Assembly: GCA_963797095.1 (NCBI GenBank)
Contig: CAWCNY010000004.1
Coordinates: 288,001 to 352,000 of the forward strand
Reading direction: 5' to 3'
DNA: 64,000 nucleotides
Origin: an uncultured Chloroflexia bacterium
GTDB lineage: Bacteria; Chloroflexota; Chloroflexia; QHBQ01; JADMIH01
Shown: positions 27,533-37,965 of the stretch, one piece after another
Layout: each line of letters starts with the position of its first letter
How positions within the stretch are numbered: position 1 is the first letter of the stretch
Notes under the pieces: model-generated
Seen by the model: only the letters and a program-made list of their open reading frames with translations
Databases searched by the model: none
Told to the model about the DNA's origin: nothing
Position numbers and translations under genes: made by a program

Positions 27533-29433
27533 GGCGTGCCCGCTCCCTTAGCCGCACCTGCGGCAGGTGCGGCTGGCGTTGTATGCTTGAAGGTTACGTC
27601 CACGCGCCTGTTTCCGCGCCTGTTGGCTTCCAGGTCCTGGCCCCTCGAAGGGTCGGCGTCCAGTGTGAACTCATCAGTGGCTCCCCCACCCCTCACCGCG
27701 AAGCCATCAATACGCGCAGCAACGATCCCCTTGGCAACCAACGCCCGGTACACTGTGTTGATGCGCCTAGTAGCAAGCTTCTCATTGTACGTTCCGCTGC
27801 CGCCCTTGATATCCGCAAAGCCCAATATATCAAGCTTCACGTCGGGGAAACGCCTCATATAGTCCGTGAACGTATCGATCTTGCCCTCCTCGGTGGGCGA
27901 CAACGTCGACTTATCAAATTCAAAGTAGAATGTGACAGGCTCGTGCACATAGAAGTCTCGGTGCTTCTCCATTGCCGAATCGAATGTAGCCGACTGCGCA
28001 TCTGTGAACGTCTGGTGCTCATTGATGATATGTGCGCCTTTGGACCTCAGGCCGAAGCCCCACTTCACCGAACCATAGATCTGCATCGTATCGTCCGATT
28101 TGGCAACAAACTCAAATTCAAAGTCTAGATCACCCGGCCCGTTGAGAGTACCCGGCAAGTCCCAGAGACCAGCCGCTTTGATATCAGCCGGATCGTCTGA
28201 ACGCTTGAACCCGAACGTCGGTGTGAATGCGTAGTATGGCGACAATGCTTGTCCCTTCTTTGAGGGGTCCAGATGGTATACATCCGTGGCAAAACCGCCT
28301 TCAATGCCTTTAGCTTTATCTTCGGTGGTACGAACATGTGGCTCGGTAGCAGCCGGCAAGGAGAATGGTGCATGTCCGAGGGCACCTGTCTTCGCGTCTT
28401 TGTTCCTGGCGATCTGTATCATTCCGATTTTGTTCGCGTAAGGAGCTGTCTTATAAGGCATGAACTTAATATCACCAAAAAGGCCATAGTGCTTAGACCC
28501 CCGCACTAACCCGCCATCGTTAGTCGTCATCCCCATAATGAACTCGCCTTGCGTGAGAGGGTGTGTGCCAGTGAGCGAGCGCTGGATTACCACTGGCCCT
28601 CTGCTTCGCAAGCCACCCAGCCCTGCTCCCGCATAGCCGGTATCGGTCCGTCGCTGTACCGCCACATCGGTCCCTCCATCACGCATCGTCTGTACCGCCG
28701 TCCCCAGTTCTTCCTCTTCCGGCTCTTGAGCGCGTTGGACCGGCGCGGCTGCCACTGCATGTGCCCCTGTAGTCTCGGCTGGGGTGCCTGATAATACATT
28801 CTGCGCTGACCGCTCGGCAGCCTGCTCGAACTGGTCAGATGGGTCGCTTACCGACACCCCTCCTGCCGTTGGCGTGCCTGCTACAGGCCCCTGTGACTGC
28901 TGCACAGTATGCGTTGCCTCGTGCGCCAGCAAGTGCAGCCCTCTGTCGCTCCCTGGCTCGTATGCCCCCTGCCTGAAGAAGATATCACTCCCTGTGGTAA
29001 ATGCCACCGAATCGACGGAGCGAGCCAGCCTATCCGCATCTCCGTCCGTGTGTACTCTCACCCCCGACAGGTCCGCCCCCAACCCGCCTTCCAGCCTTGT
29101 TCGCGTACCTGGGTCCAATGCTCTTCCCATACCAGTCCGCGACCCTATCTGCTCTGCCAGGTCTTCCTCGGCGTGCGCTACGCTCCGCTGCACCCTCAAG
29201 AAACGCTGCACCGCCCGGTTCCCGTAGCTCTGTTGCAAACGCTGAAGCATGGCTGCGCGCACCGGGGCATTGCCCCTCCCACGCAGAGCATTGCCATCAA
29301 AAAGAGTGCCCGGATATGCAGCCTCAAGCTCCGAGGCAGGAGCCACTTCCTGCTCTCCCATCAGCGGCGCAGGGTGCTCCACCTGATCGGTTTTGCGGGT
29401 GGCCGCTACATCGTGGTCAAATTCCTCAGCCAT
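27529..29433 (-). CDS. DUF4157 (eCIS core domain) cargo protein with C-terminal OmpA-like domain
   Basis: GADLSGVRVHTD..AFTTGSDIFF..LLAHEATHTVQQ; C-term FEFDKSTL..GFAD..YNEKLATRR..NRRVDV. Confidence 0.9.
   Translation of the reverse strand: MAEEFDHDVAATRKTDQVEHPAPLMGEQEVAPASELEAAYPGTLFDGNALRGRGNAPVRAAMLQRLQQSYGNRAVQRFLRVQRSVAHAEEDLAEQIGSRTGMGRALDPGTRTRLEGGLGADLSGVRVHTDGDADRLARSVDSVAFTTGSDIFFRQGAYEPGSDRGLHLLAHEATHTVQQSQGPVAGTPTAGGVSVSDPSDQFEQAAERSAQNVLSGTPAETTGAHAVAAAPVQRAQEPEEEELGTAVQTMRDGGTDVAVQRRTDTGYAGAGLGGLRSRGPVVIQRSLTGTHPLTQGEFIMGMTTNDGGLVRGSKHYGLFGDIKFMPYKTAPYANKIGMIQIARNKDAKTGALGHAPFSLPAATEPHVRTTEDKAKGIEGGFATDVYHLDPSKKGQALSPYYAFTPTFGFKRSDDPADIKAAGLWDLPGTLNGPGDLDFEFEFVAKSDDTMQIYGSVKWGFGLRSKGAHIINEHQTFTDAQSATFDSAMEKHRDFYVHEPVTFYFEFDKSTLSPTEEGKIDTFTDYMRRFPDVKLDILGFADIKGGSGTYNEKLATRRINTVYRALVAKGIVAARIDGFAVRGGGATDEFTLDADPSRGQDLEANRRGNRRVDVTFKHTTPAAPAAGAAKGAGTP
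28803..29085. repeat. 283-bp exact direct repeat, copy 1 (DUF4157 coding block)
   Basis: Identical by eye to 29829-30111. Confidence 0.9.
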
Positions 29434-29523
29434 CTCACACGCTCCATTTCTACCCGCCAGCGCGCTCCCTACTACGGCAATTTGTGACGCTTGCTAAGGC
29501 CGGGCGTGAATATCACGCAACGC

Positions 29524-30474
29524 TCATCTTCCCTTGCCATCGTCGTCACCGGCGTGCCTCTGTGCCGCCATTCCAGCGCGTATACTCTGCACAGACAGTT
29601 CCTCCCCCTCCGGCATACCGGCCCGTTGCACAGAGGCCGCGTAGGTGGACGACCTCATCGTTTGGACTAACTCGTCTTCTTCTCCCTCCCGTTGCACGAA
29701 GGTTGAGTAGGTGGACGACCTCATCGTTTGGACTAACTCGTCCTCCTCTCCCTGCCTCTGCACCTGGGCAGGGTTCGAGCCTCCACCTCCGCCACCGGCG
29801 TTAGCAGACTTCCCGGCCACCACGTTCCGCGCTGACCGCTCGGCAGCCTGCTCGAACTGGTCAGATGGGTCGCTTACCGACACCCCTCCTGCCGTTGGCG
29901 TGCCTGCTACAGGCCCCTGTGACTGCTGCACAGTATGCGTTGCCTCGTGCGCCAGCAAGTGCAGCCCTCTGTCGCTCCCTGGCTCGTATGCCCCCTGCCT
30001 GAAGAAGATATCACTCCCTGTGGTAAATGCCACCGAATCGACGGAGCGAGCCAGCCTATCCGCATCTCCGTCCGTGTGTACTCTCACCCCCGACAGGTCC
30101 GCCCCCAACCCACCTTCCAACCTGGTCTTCGTGCCGTGATCCAGTGGATTTCCCCTGCCTGCTTTCGAGTCGATCTGCCCCGCCAGGTTCTCTTCCTCAA
30201 TTGCCGTTGGTGTCGCTGCGCTACGCTGAGCGCTCAGTAAGCGCTGTAAAGCGCGATTGCCATACGTCTGTTGCAAACGCTGAAGCATGGCTGCGCGCAC
30301 CGGGGCATTGCCCCTCCCACGCAGACCTTTGGCAGCACTCGGTGAAATGACGCCTGCCACATCCGGCTCACTCTCCGAGCGCACTTGCGACGGTATTTCC
30401 GTGCTCTTCACGCGCACGCGCTCCTGTGCCGCTCTGTTCGAGCTTTCCAAGTCGAAATCGTTACTGTTGCTCAC
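29524..30474 (-). CDS. DUF4157 protein with C-terminal VQRxGEEDELVQTMR repeats and no obvious toxin domain
   Basis: Same DUF4157 block as the neighbour; 66-bp tandem unit at 29641 and 29707. Confidence 0.88.
   Translation of the reverse strand: MSNSNDFDLESSNRAAQERVRVKSTEIPSQVRSESEPDVAGVISPSAAKGLRGRGNAPVRAAMLQRLQQTYGNRALQRLLSAQRSAATPTAIEEENLAGQIDSKAGRGNPLDHGTKTRLEGGLGADLSGVRVHTDGDADRLARSVDSVAFTTGSDIFFRQGAYEPGSDRGLHLLAHEATHTVQQSQGPVAGTPTAGGVSVSDPSDQFEQAAERSARNVVAGKSANAGGGGGGSNPAQVQRQGEEDELVQTMRSSTYSTFVQREGEEDELVQTMRSSTYAASVQRAGMPEGEELSVQSIRAGMAAQRHAGDDDGKGR
29829..30111. repeat. 283-bp exact direct repeat, copy 2
   Basis: Identical by eye to 28803-29085 (offset 1026). Confidence 0.9.
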
Positions 30475-30537
30475 GGCTAACCCTCCATTTTGACGCGTTC
30501 ATTTCCCATCGTGACTGCGAAACTGGCAAGACTCCAG

Positions 30538-31812
30538 CTACTTTGTGCCAGATTTAGCACCTGCGGAGATAGCGCTTCCGATACCACCCACGGCACCCGA
30601 AGTAGCGCCACTTGTGTCGCCCGCTCCTCCTGCGCTGCTAGGTGGAGGTACATGCGATACGTTATACCCTATTGCGATTGAAATTGCCGCGGCCGTACCT
30701 GCATCGCTTACAAGCTCTTCGAGCGGCACTTGCTTGCCCATCTGGTCAAGCAATAGTCTCTCGACGAATTTAAGTGCCCCAACTACCTTCCCCATACGAT
30801 TGTTAATATCCGGATCGAACATGCCTAGTATTTCATTACCTTGCATCATTTGTTGAGCGCGCTTGAGGTCCTCGGCAGCTTCAGCAATCTGCGCCTTCTT
30901 TGGATGACCACGCAATAGCTTGGCAGCCTTTTTCATAGGCTCGGTCACGGTGCTCTTCCATAATCGAGCCGCCAATGGATTGTCAGCCACCGGGTCTGTG
31001 CTCTTTTTGCCCAGCCTGCCCTCAGCTTCCTTCTCCATAAGCAGATTTCCTAGCACCTCAGCGTCGTCGATCTGGCCCTCTATTGCCATGTCTAGACCTG
31101 TGATATCTTCCTTGCCGGGGATGTGCGTTTGCAGCCCAGCCTCTATAGCGACGAGTCTGTTGTTCATCTCGCGCAGTTGCCCGATCACTATGGTATCCCC
31201 GTCGGCCTCCTCCAACCCTTCCTTCAACTCGCGTATTATATGTCGAGCATTCTTTACATCAGATAGCAACTCCTCAAAGGCACCCACTTCCGGTTTCTCC
31301 GTACCTTCCAGCCCGCGCAACCGTTCAACCGCCTTGTCCAATGGCCCCTGCACCGACGCTTTCCACATGTTGTCAATCATCGGATTATAGTTTGAAGCCC
31401 TAATCGCCCCGTTTATGGCACTCCCAATTACGCTGCCGATCTCCCCCAACTCCCCCATTACCGGCTTTGCGGCGTCGCCAATCACGGGCAAGTTGCCGAC
31501 GACATCTGATACTGCCGTCGTCGCGTCTCCAACTGCCGATGCTACTGCATCTAATTCCTTATTGCCGGTGTGGAAATAACGCTGAACAGCGCGGTTGCCC
31601 TGTGTGTGCTGGAGGTTCTGCATCATAGAGATGCGCACCGGACCATTGCCCCTCCCGCGGAACTTGGCGGGGTCATACGGAAGGCGAGGGCGATCTGCCG
31701 TGTGGCTTTCGGCCGCCCGGTTCGGCTCACTATCGCGCACCATCGAATGCTCTCGACGCGCTTCAGTATGTTTTCGTTTGCTCCGTTCGTCTTCGAAATC
31801 GAAATCGCCCAT
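30538..31812 (-). CDS. Putative CIS cargo protein, helical, with shared leader motif
   Basis: RGRGNGPVRISMMQNLQHTQGNRAVQR leader; internal repeat (MWKASVQGPLDKA / LWKSTVTEPMKKA). Confidence 0.7.
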   Translation of the reverse strand: MGDFDFEDERSKRKHTEARREHSMVRDSEPNRAAESHTADRPRLPYDPAKFRGRGNGPVRISMMQNLQHTQGNRAVQRYFHTGNKELDAVASAVGDATTAVSDVVGNLPVIGDAAKPVMGELGEIGSVIGSAINGAIRASNYNPMIDNMWKASVQGPLDKAVERLRGLEGTEKPEVGAFEELLSDVKNARHIIRELKEGLEEADGDTIVIGQLREMNNRLVAIEAGLQTHIPGKEDITGLDMAIEGQIDDAEVLGNLLMEKEAEGRLGKKSTDPVADNPLAARLWKSTVTEPMKKAAKLLRGHPKKAQIAEAAEDLKRAQQMMQGNEILGMFDPDINNRMGKVVGALKFVERLLLDQMGKQVPLEELVSDAGTAAAISIAIGYNVSHVPPPSSAGGAGDTSGATSGAVGGIGSAISAGAKSGTK

Positions 31813-31826
31813 AGTCTATCTCCCGC

Positions 31827-34088
31827 CTACGCAAGCTCTTCAATTCCCACCATCCGCGCGTATAGTCCATAGTCGGTCGCGTGAATCAATTTGCCTATCT
31901 TCTGGTGCTCGCGCTTGGTGGCCCTGATAAGGTGCCGCATCGCGATTGAGGTGCCATTTTCGGCGGCGAAGAAAGCCGCTTCAAGCACTATATTCTTGAT
32001 ATTGCCTCCGCTCAGCTTGAATTGCTTGGCTAAGAATTCCAAGTCGAGATCATCTGCCCTGGGCGACTCCGGCGGGAAGGTGCGCCGCCAGATTTCAAGC
32101 CTGTCAGGTTCTTCAGGCATCGGAAATTCGATTGCCCCGTGCAGCCGTCGTATGAAAGCGTCATCCAGGTTCTTGCGAAGGTTGGTGGCCAGGATGACGA
32201 TCCCCTCGTACTCCTCCATCTTCTGCAGCAGGTACGAAATCTCGATGTTCGCGTATCTATCATGCGAGTCGCGCACCTCTGAACGCTTGCCGAACAGCGA
32301 GTCTGCCTCATCGAAGAACAAGATCGCGTTCGAGGTCTGCCCCTCTCGGAAAATCTTCTCCAGGTTCTTCTCTGTTTCGCCTATGTACTTGCTCACCACG
32401 CTTGATAGGTCGATCTTATAAAGCTCAAGCCCCAGGTCAGTCGCGATTACCTCGGCTGCCATCGTCTTGCCGGTTCCCGGTTGCCCGGCGAACAACATAT
32501 TAAGACCCTTTCCCCCCGACAGCTTGCGATCAAATCCCCATTGCTCGAACACCAGCGGCCCATAGCGCACGTGCAGGCACATCTCATGCAGCTGCGCCAA
32601 TCGATCCACCGGCAGCACCAGGTCGCCCCAGGTATAGTGCGGCGTGATCTTCCGAGAAAGCGCGCCCAACCCCTGGTTCGAGTGCGCGCGACACGCTGCA
32701 AGGAGATCGCGCATAGTAACCACCGCATCGACAACATCCGCAACTCCACCAGCCCTCCATTTGGCAGCGTGGCGGGCGCTGTCCGCCGCCGCCTCGATTT
32801 GTTCCCCTGTCAGCCTGAAAGCTCCCGTCAACAGCGTCAGGTCAACATCCTCTGCAAGCCGCGTCGAGCCATTCAGGGCGCGCTCCCACAGCGTTCTCCT
32901 GCGCTCATTCGAGGGAGCGGGGAAATCAAGCTCAATTGGCAATGCGGAGATAGCCAACCTCAACGGCAACGCCGCCCTGATATCGATCATGATGCAGCCC
33001 GGCCACTCCGACAGGAGGCGCGCAAGGTCCTGCCCTAGATCATACCCTCCTTCCTCTTGCCGCATCAGTATCACGTCGGCCTCCGACAGGAAGAGCAGAG
33101 CCCCTTGCAAGCGCGCTTCCCGCAACGTGCGATACAGCAACCGCCTCAAATCGCCTCCCTGGAGCATGAGCATCTGAGCGTCAACCGTCAGCAGCGGTCG
33201 GTTCAGCGCCGCCGCCAGGTGCTCGGCACTCGCCCGCTTCCCCTGCTTCTCAGGTCCGCGCATCCAGACAACCATCCCCACCCCGGATCGAGTGCTATGG
33301 TTGGCGCTTGATGCGCGAACTTGTCGGTTCTTCCTATCTTCGTCCTTCGCCCTTCGCCCTTCGTCCCCACTCGCCATATTGATCAGGCGCTCCATCTGGT
33401 GGGCAAGGAGCGGCAAGCTATCATGATGGCTAACGGGATATGTCACTCGCGCCGACACGCCAAGAGAGTGGTCGGGGTCGTCGTTGCCAAGAAGAAAGGC
33501 CGCGATCCGCGCGTCGAGAGTGAGCGGCCGCGAGAGGAGGGATGTATGGTGCATTGGCGAGTCGTCCAGGTGAAGCAGCAGATTGCGGCGCAACGCACGC
33601 CCTTGCCCCAACAATTGCCGCGCCACCAATTTGCTCGTGAGGCTGTCGCACCAGAGCATTGACACAAGGTCCAGCGTGGCGAACTTGCGCGTTACATCGT
33701 CCTGAATATAAGAGTAGAGATTGGCATAAGCCACATCCACTTCCGGGGCCAGTACAGTAAGGAGCATAGCGCGCTCCAAAGCCCCCAACCCATACAGGTC
33801 ACCCAGGGCCGCAAGACGGCTGCCGGCAGCGCCCAATACACTCGCCGCCCTGGTGCCGATCGTACCGTCGCTGCCTTCACCCAAGCTCCCCGCGCCGAGC
33901 GACTGCAGCCAGGAATCAACATCGCTTTCCTCGATCACAAGCCCCCGGTGCGCGGGATCGGCGTCAGGCGCGAGCGACCGCCTTACTTTGTCGATGGCGC
34001 GCTCCACCATGGCGTCCAGCACTTGCAGGTCCGCCATCAGCGCGTCAACCAGGCCGATTGCGCTCTGTTCCTGTTCAGGTCGGTCCAA
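31827..34088 (-). CDS. CIS AAA+ ATPase (Afp15/Pvc15-like)
   Basis: GQPGTGKTMAAE, DLSSVVSKYIGETEKNL, FFDEADSLFGKRSEV, DRYANIEISYLLQ. Confidence 0.95.
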   Translation of the reverse strand: MDRPEQEQSAIGLVDALMADLQVLDAMVERAIDKVRRSLAPDADPAHRGLVIEESDVDSWLQSLGAGSLGEGSDGTIGTRAASVLGAAGSRLAALGDLYGLGALERAMLLTVLAPEVDVAYANLYSYIQDDVTRKFATLDLVSMLWCDSLTSKLVARQLLGQGRALRRNLLLHLDDSPMHHTSLLSRPLTLDARIAAFLLGNDDPDHSLGVSARVTYPVSHHDSLPLLAHQMERLINMASGDEGRRAKDEDRKNRQVRASSANHSTRSGVGMVVWMRGPEKQGKRASAEHLAAALNRPLLTVDAQMLMLQGGDLRRLLYRTLREARLQGALLFLSEADVILMRQEEGGYDLGQDLARLLSEWPGCIMIDIRAALPLRLAISALPIELDFPAPSNERRRTLWERALNGSTRLAEDVDLTLLTGAFRLTGEQIEAAADSARHAAKWRAGGVADVVDAVVTMRDLLAACRAHSNQGLGALSRKITPHYTWGDLVLPVDRLAQLHEMCLHVRYGPLVFEQWGFDRKLSGGKGLNMLFAGQPGTGKTMAAEVIATDLGLELYKIDLSSVVSKYIGETEKNLEKIFREGQTSNAILFFDEADSLFGKRSEVRDSHDRYANIEISYLLQKMEEYEGIVILATNLRKNLDDAFIRRLHGAIEFPMPEEPDRLEIWRRTFPPESPRADDLDLEFLAKQFKLSGGNIKNIVLEAAFFAAENGTSIAMRHLIRATKREHQKIGKLIHATDYGLYARMVGIEELA

Positions 34089-34248
34089 TTCTACCCCTTG
34101 TCCGCGATGCTACTTTCCACCATAATACCGCATATTATTCTATTTTCGTTACATCTCTTTCTCACACGTTTGGTCTACAACTCGAAATCGCTTTCCGTAC
34201 AGGCTTCCTGAATCGTCAACCGCCCCTTGCGCCTCATGCTCCACCCCG

Positions 34249-35421
34249 CTAGGGCTTCTGTATCTCCAGCATCCTGAAATCATCTGTGCAGTAATACAAC
34301 TTCCTGTCCGAGATGAAATAGACATCCCCGTCAGTGCTCGAAGGTGTCCTACGCACGAAGATGAGTGTCCCATTTGTTGTGCTCTGTCGAGAGTTCCCAA
34401 AGTCGTCAAAGTTTACTTCATTGTTCAGAGGATCGCCGATCAGTTGCGCGTTGGCCGCGCTCGCGTCGTGGCACTTCTTGAACCCCTCTGAATAGACCGG
34501 CCCCGCTGGCACAGGAGTATCGCCCGGAGCCGGCGTCACTGTTATTTCTGCCACGGGCGTCGGTGTGGAATTCGTCGAGCCTTTAAATAGCCCTTTAACA
34601 AAGCCGTCATAGCTGCACGCCACTGTGCTCAGTGGATATGGTAGCGGGAAACGACACAAACTCAAGAAGGATGGGCTTATCAGAGCCAGAAGTGCAAACA
34701 TAAGTATGACTCCAATAAGCGGACCGCGCACACCCTTCAACGGCGGCTTCTGCACAAACTCGCCCACCACCTCTTTAGCATCCTTCTCGTCGCCATCCGT
34801 TGGCTGCGCGATCACCGCGAATTGGTAGCGGCGCTGTTGCCCTATTATCTTCAGGCCCGGTCGTCGCACCGTCACAGGCACGACCAGTTTCGTGCCTGCG
34901 TTCACAGTCGGCTGCTTCCCCTTGAATTTATAAATCAGCTCCGATTCCTGGTCCTTCCCCTCGAGGTCCAACTGTAGCTCGCTATTCCCGCCATTCGACA
35001 GGGTAAGACGGTACTTCCCACGCCACGCCGTCACTCTCTTGGGAGCCAACTCCATCTGGAATATCGAGTACGAACCTACCTGCAATACGCCCTTCGTGAC
35101 GCCAATCATCGTCGGATCGGAGTGCGAGCGAGCGCGTACCGTGAAAGTGTAGTGTCCGGCCCGCGTCCCGCTCCCCTTTGGCGGGTGGAGCCGGATCGGG
35201 ATCGGTGCGCTATCGCCGGGAAACAGCGACACGCTCTGTGCCGTGATCGTGTACCAGGTCGGGTCGAGATTCTCCACCTCGATCCGGTACTGGTCAACCG
35301 TAGTGGTGGCGTTACGCACATTGGCGATCACCTCCACCGGCTCGCCCCCCGCCGCCACCTTGATCTCAGGCGGCGTCAGGTTCACTACAATAGGTTCCGA
35401 CCCAGGCGTGGCTGTGAACAT
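34249..35421 (-). CDS. Bitopic membrane protein with N-terminal Ig-like domains (CisA-like adaptor 3)
   Basis: VRNATTTVDQYRIEV..WYT..VSLFPG..HPPKGS.TRAG; TM GPLIGVILMFALLALI; small C-terminal extracellular domain. Confidence 0.7.
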   Translation of the reverse strand: MFTATPGSEPIVVNLTPPEIKVAAGGEPVEVIANVRNATTTVDQYRIEVENLDPTWYTITAQSVSLFPGDSAPIPIRLHPPKGSGTRAGHYTFTVRARSHSDPTMIGVTKGVLQVGSYSIFQMELAPKRVTAWRGKYRLTLSNGGNSELQLDLEGKDQESELIYKFKGKQPTVNAGTKLVVPVTVRRPGLKIIGQQRRYQFAVIAQPTDGDEKDAKEVVGEFVQKPPLKGVRGPLIGVILMFALLALISPSFLSLCRFPLPYPLSTVACSYDGFVKGLFKGSTNSTPTPVAEITVTPAPGDTPVPAGPVYSEGFKKCHDASAANAQLIGDPLNNEVNFDDFGNSRQSTTNGTLIFVRRTPSSTDGDVYFISDRKLYYCTDDFRMLEIQKP

Positions 35422-35429
35422 AAAGACTG

Positions 35430-37965
35430 TTACCTCCCTTCCACTGTATAGTAGGCCGATTCTCCGTTCGTAAAGCAGATTTCCAGCACCCACCCCTCAA
35501 GCGTCGAAACTTCAGGCGTTGGCTGTGGCGTTAGTGCCGGTGTTGGTGTGGGTGTCCTGGGCACCTGCATTGCACTCTGGCTGTCCGCAGACATACTACC
35601 ATTCGATGCGTCTATGATCCTAGGGTCCTCGATTCCAAGTGCCCACATGCCATAAGCGTCAATGCCGTTGAAAACCGACAGAGGATTCAAAGGCTTGAAC
35701 GTTCCGATTGCCTGGTCCGGGTTGCAAAGCTCGACCGTCATCCCTGCGTTGTCGTCAAGATCGACGTTCATCTCGTAAGGAGCATCCGCGCTCAAACAAT
35801 GGTAGGTGGCAACTATCTGGTAGATCAACTGTTGCTGTCTCGAGTATGGAGATACAAGGAACACGTTGAAGTAATCTGTGACCGGAGTCGCATACATATG
35901 CAGATTGTGTATCCTCACAGAGGCCACTAGCCCGTGCACAGGTACATCGACATATGAGTACCCATAGATAGGCTTTGGCACATCCGTCGGCTCATATGTA
36001 GGGCATAGTGTCGGTGTAGGCGAAGCGGTGTCGGTTGGCGTGGATGTGGCAGTAAACGTCGCCGTTGGAGTGCTGGTCACTGTAAATGTCGGCGTACTGG
36101 TTGACGTTGGCGTAGATGTCTCTGTAGGCGTAAAAGTCGGCGTGGTAGTAGTAGTGCTCGTTGGAGTAAAGGTCCGTGTAATTGTCGGCGGCAATGTAGG
36201 CGTGAATGTAGGTGGCAAAAGTGGCAGCGTGTTCGTGGGCAAAGGCAAGCTTGTGGAGGTCGGTGGCACAGATGTGCCTGTCGGCGGTCGTGGTGTCGGA
36301 GTAAGCGTGTTCGTCGGAGTAGAAGAGTTCGTGGGCACAGGCGTAAACGTCTCGGTTGCTGTAGCCGTAGGTGTCGGTGTTTCGGTATCCGGCACAGGCG
36401 TCGGAGGTACAACCGTAATCGTCAGCGACTGGCAGGTCTGCCCCGCCAAATTGCCCGCACAGAACACGTACTCGCTGGTCTCCGGCGGTTGAACGCTTAT
36501 GCTCCCGGTCCTGCCCTCCCCATCCGCCGCAATCGCACCAGCGTTCACACTTGACCCATCCAGCGTGGTGGTCTGAGCTCCCAGCACCATCCAAAGCAAA
36601 TTGGAGCTTTCCCCGAGCGTAATCGTCAAAGGTTCGGCTGTGAACTGCCCGATCGATGGCGGGCGCACCAACAGCACGCTCAAAGTATCGGTGGCCGTTC
36701 CCCGCTCGCCCACTGCCATCAATTGATAATCGATTATTTTGGATGTCTCCCAACCCTGGAGGCTCTCCTCGCGCGTAGTTGGGCTTATCACCACGCTCTG
36801 CGCAGCAGTAATATCATACTGCAGGTTAGGCTCTCCCTGTCCGGTCTCGGCCTGGGCAGTCGGTATCTCCAGCCAGTATTTCCTTATCGAGGGTACTCCG
36901 TCCGGACTTGGCCCTGTTTCGCCATCGTTCCCTTGCCCCCCGTTGCCGTTCCCATTCCCATTGTTGCCATCGCCGTTACCCTGCCCGTTCTGATTTGCCA
37001 CGGCGATTGCAGTCAGCGTAGCCGACACCGCGTTCTGCGCTGCCAGGGCAGTCTGCGTCGCTTGAGCATCTATCTGCGGCACCGGTGGCTGATCGGGCGG
37101 GCGGAACAACAGCCACAAAAGCACCCCCAGGAACAGCAGCCCAAGCACTATCGGCAGCGCCCGCCGAAGCGCACCGGGCAACCCATACCACATGGCAAGC
37201 ATGGGCCGGTAAGCAAGTTCACCGCGCACCACTTGCATCTGGTGCTGCTCCCACTCCACGCCCGGCGGATGTGTGCGTGCCTCGAATGCAAATCGTACCT
37301 CTTTGCCCGTCCACCTTCTCTTGCTCGGACTAACAAGCAGCGGTATGCCCACCGACCCACCGGCGGGCACCTCTATCTCATGCTGAAGAGACCCATCTCC
37401 CCCGGCTAGGGTCTCGCCCATCACAGTCTCAGAACGCTCGTCCCCTCCCGCATCGTCACGGAGTTCAGCAGAACGCACCACAGGCGTACCCAATGCATAG
37501 CGCAGCGCTTCTTCGGCGTCGGTCAACTCGATAACGGTCGGGGCAGCCGCATTGCCGTCGTTTGTAATCGTTAGCTCAAACAGCCCCCGGCGTCCTGCCA
37601 CCCTTTGTGGCTCCAGCGCCAGCGAAAGCCCCCCTGCGGCCAGCACGTGCAATACACCCTGCTCTGTCGCAACCTCGTTAGGATCATCGGCCGAGGTAGC
37701 CACCACCCGAAATTCATAATCGCCCGCGAAAATACCGGCACCGGGCGGCGTCTGCAAGCGCAGCCAGAGGCTCTCCGACTTGCCTGGGAACAGGCTCACC
37801 CGATCCCCTGTAACCGCATAAATCGAAGGCGGAAGCCCCTCGACCCGCAGCATGAACGAATCGACCACACTCCCGTCGTTGGTCAGCGTGATTTCAATAT
37901 CGCCCGCCTCGCCTGGTGCAAGCGAGAGTGCGTTCTTATTGAGGGTTAAGCTTAATACGTTGCAC
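35430..37965 (-). CDS. Bitopic membrane protein (CisA-like adaptor 2) with Pro/Thr linker and proprotein-convertase P-like domain; probable start GTG 37965 requires a frameshift near 37947
   Basis: Paralogous to 38027..39613; TM IVLGLLFLGVLLWLLF; PT repeats; C-term FKPLNPLSVFNG..GMWALGIED..LEGWVLEIC. Confidence 0.7.
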
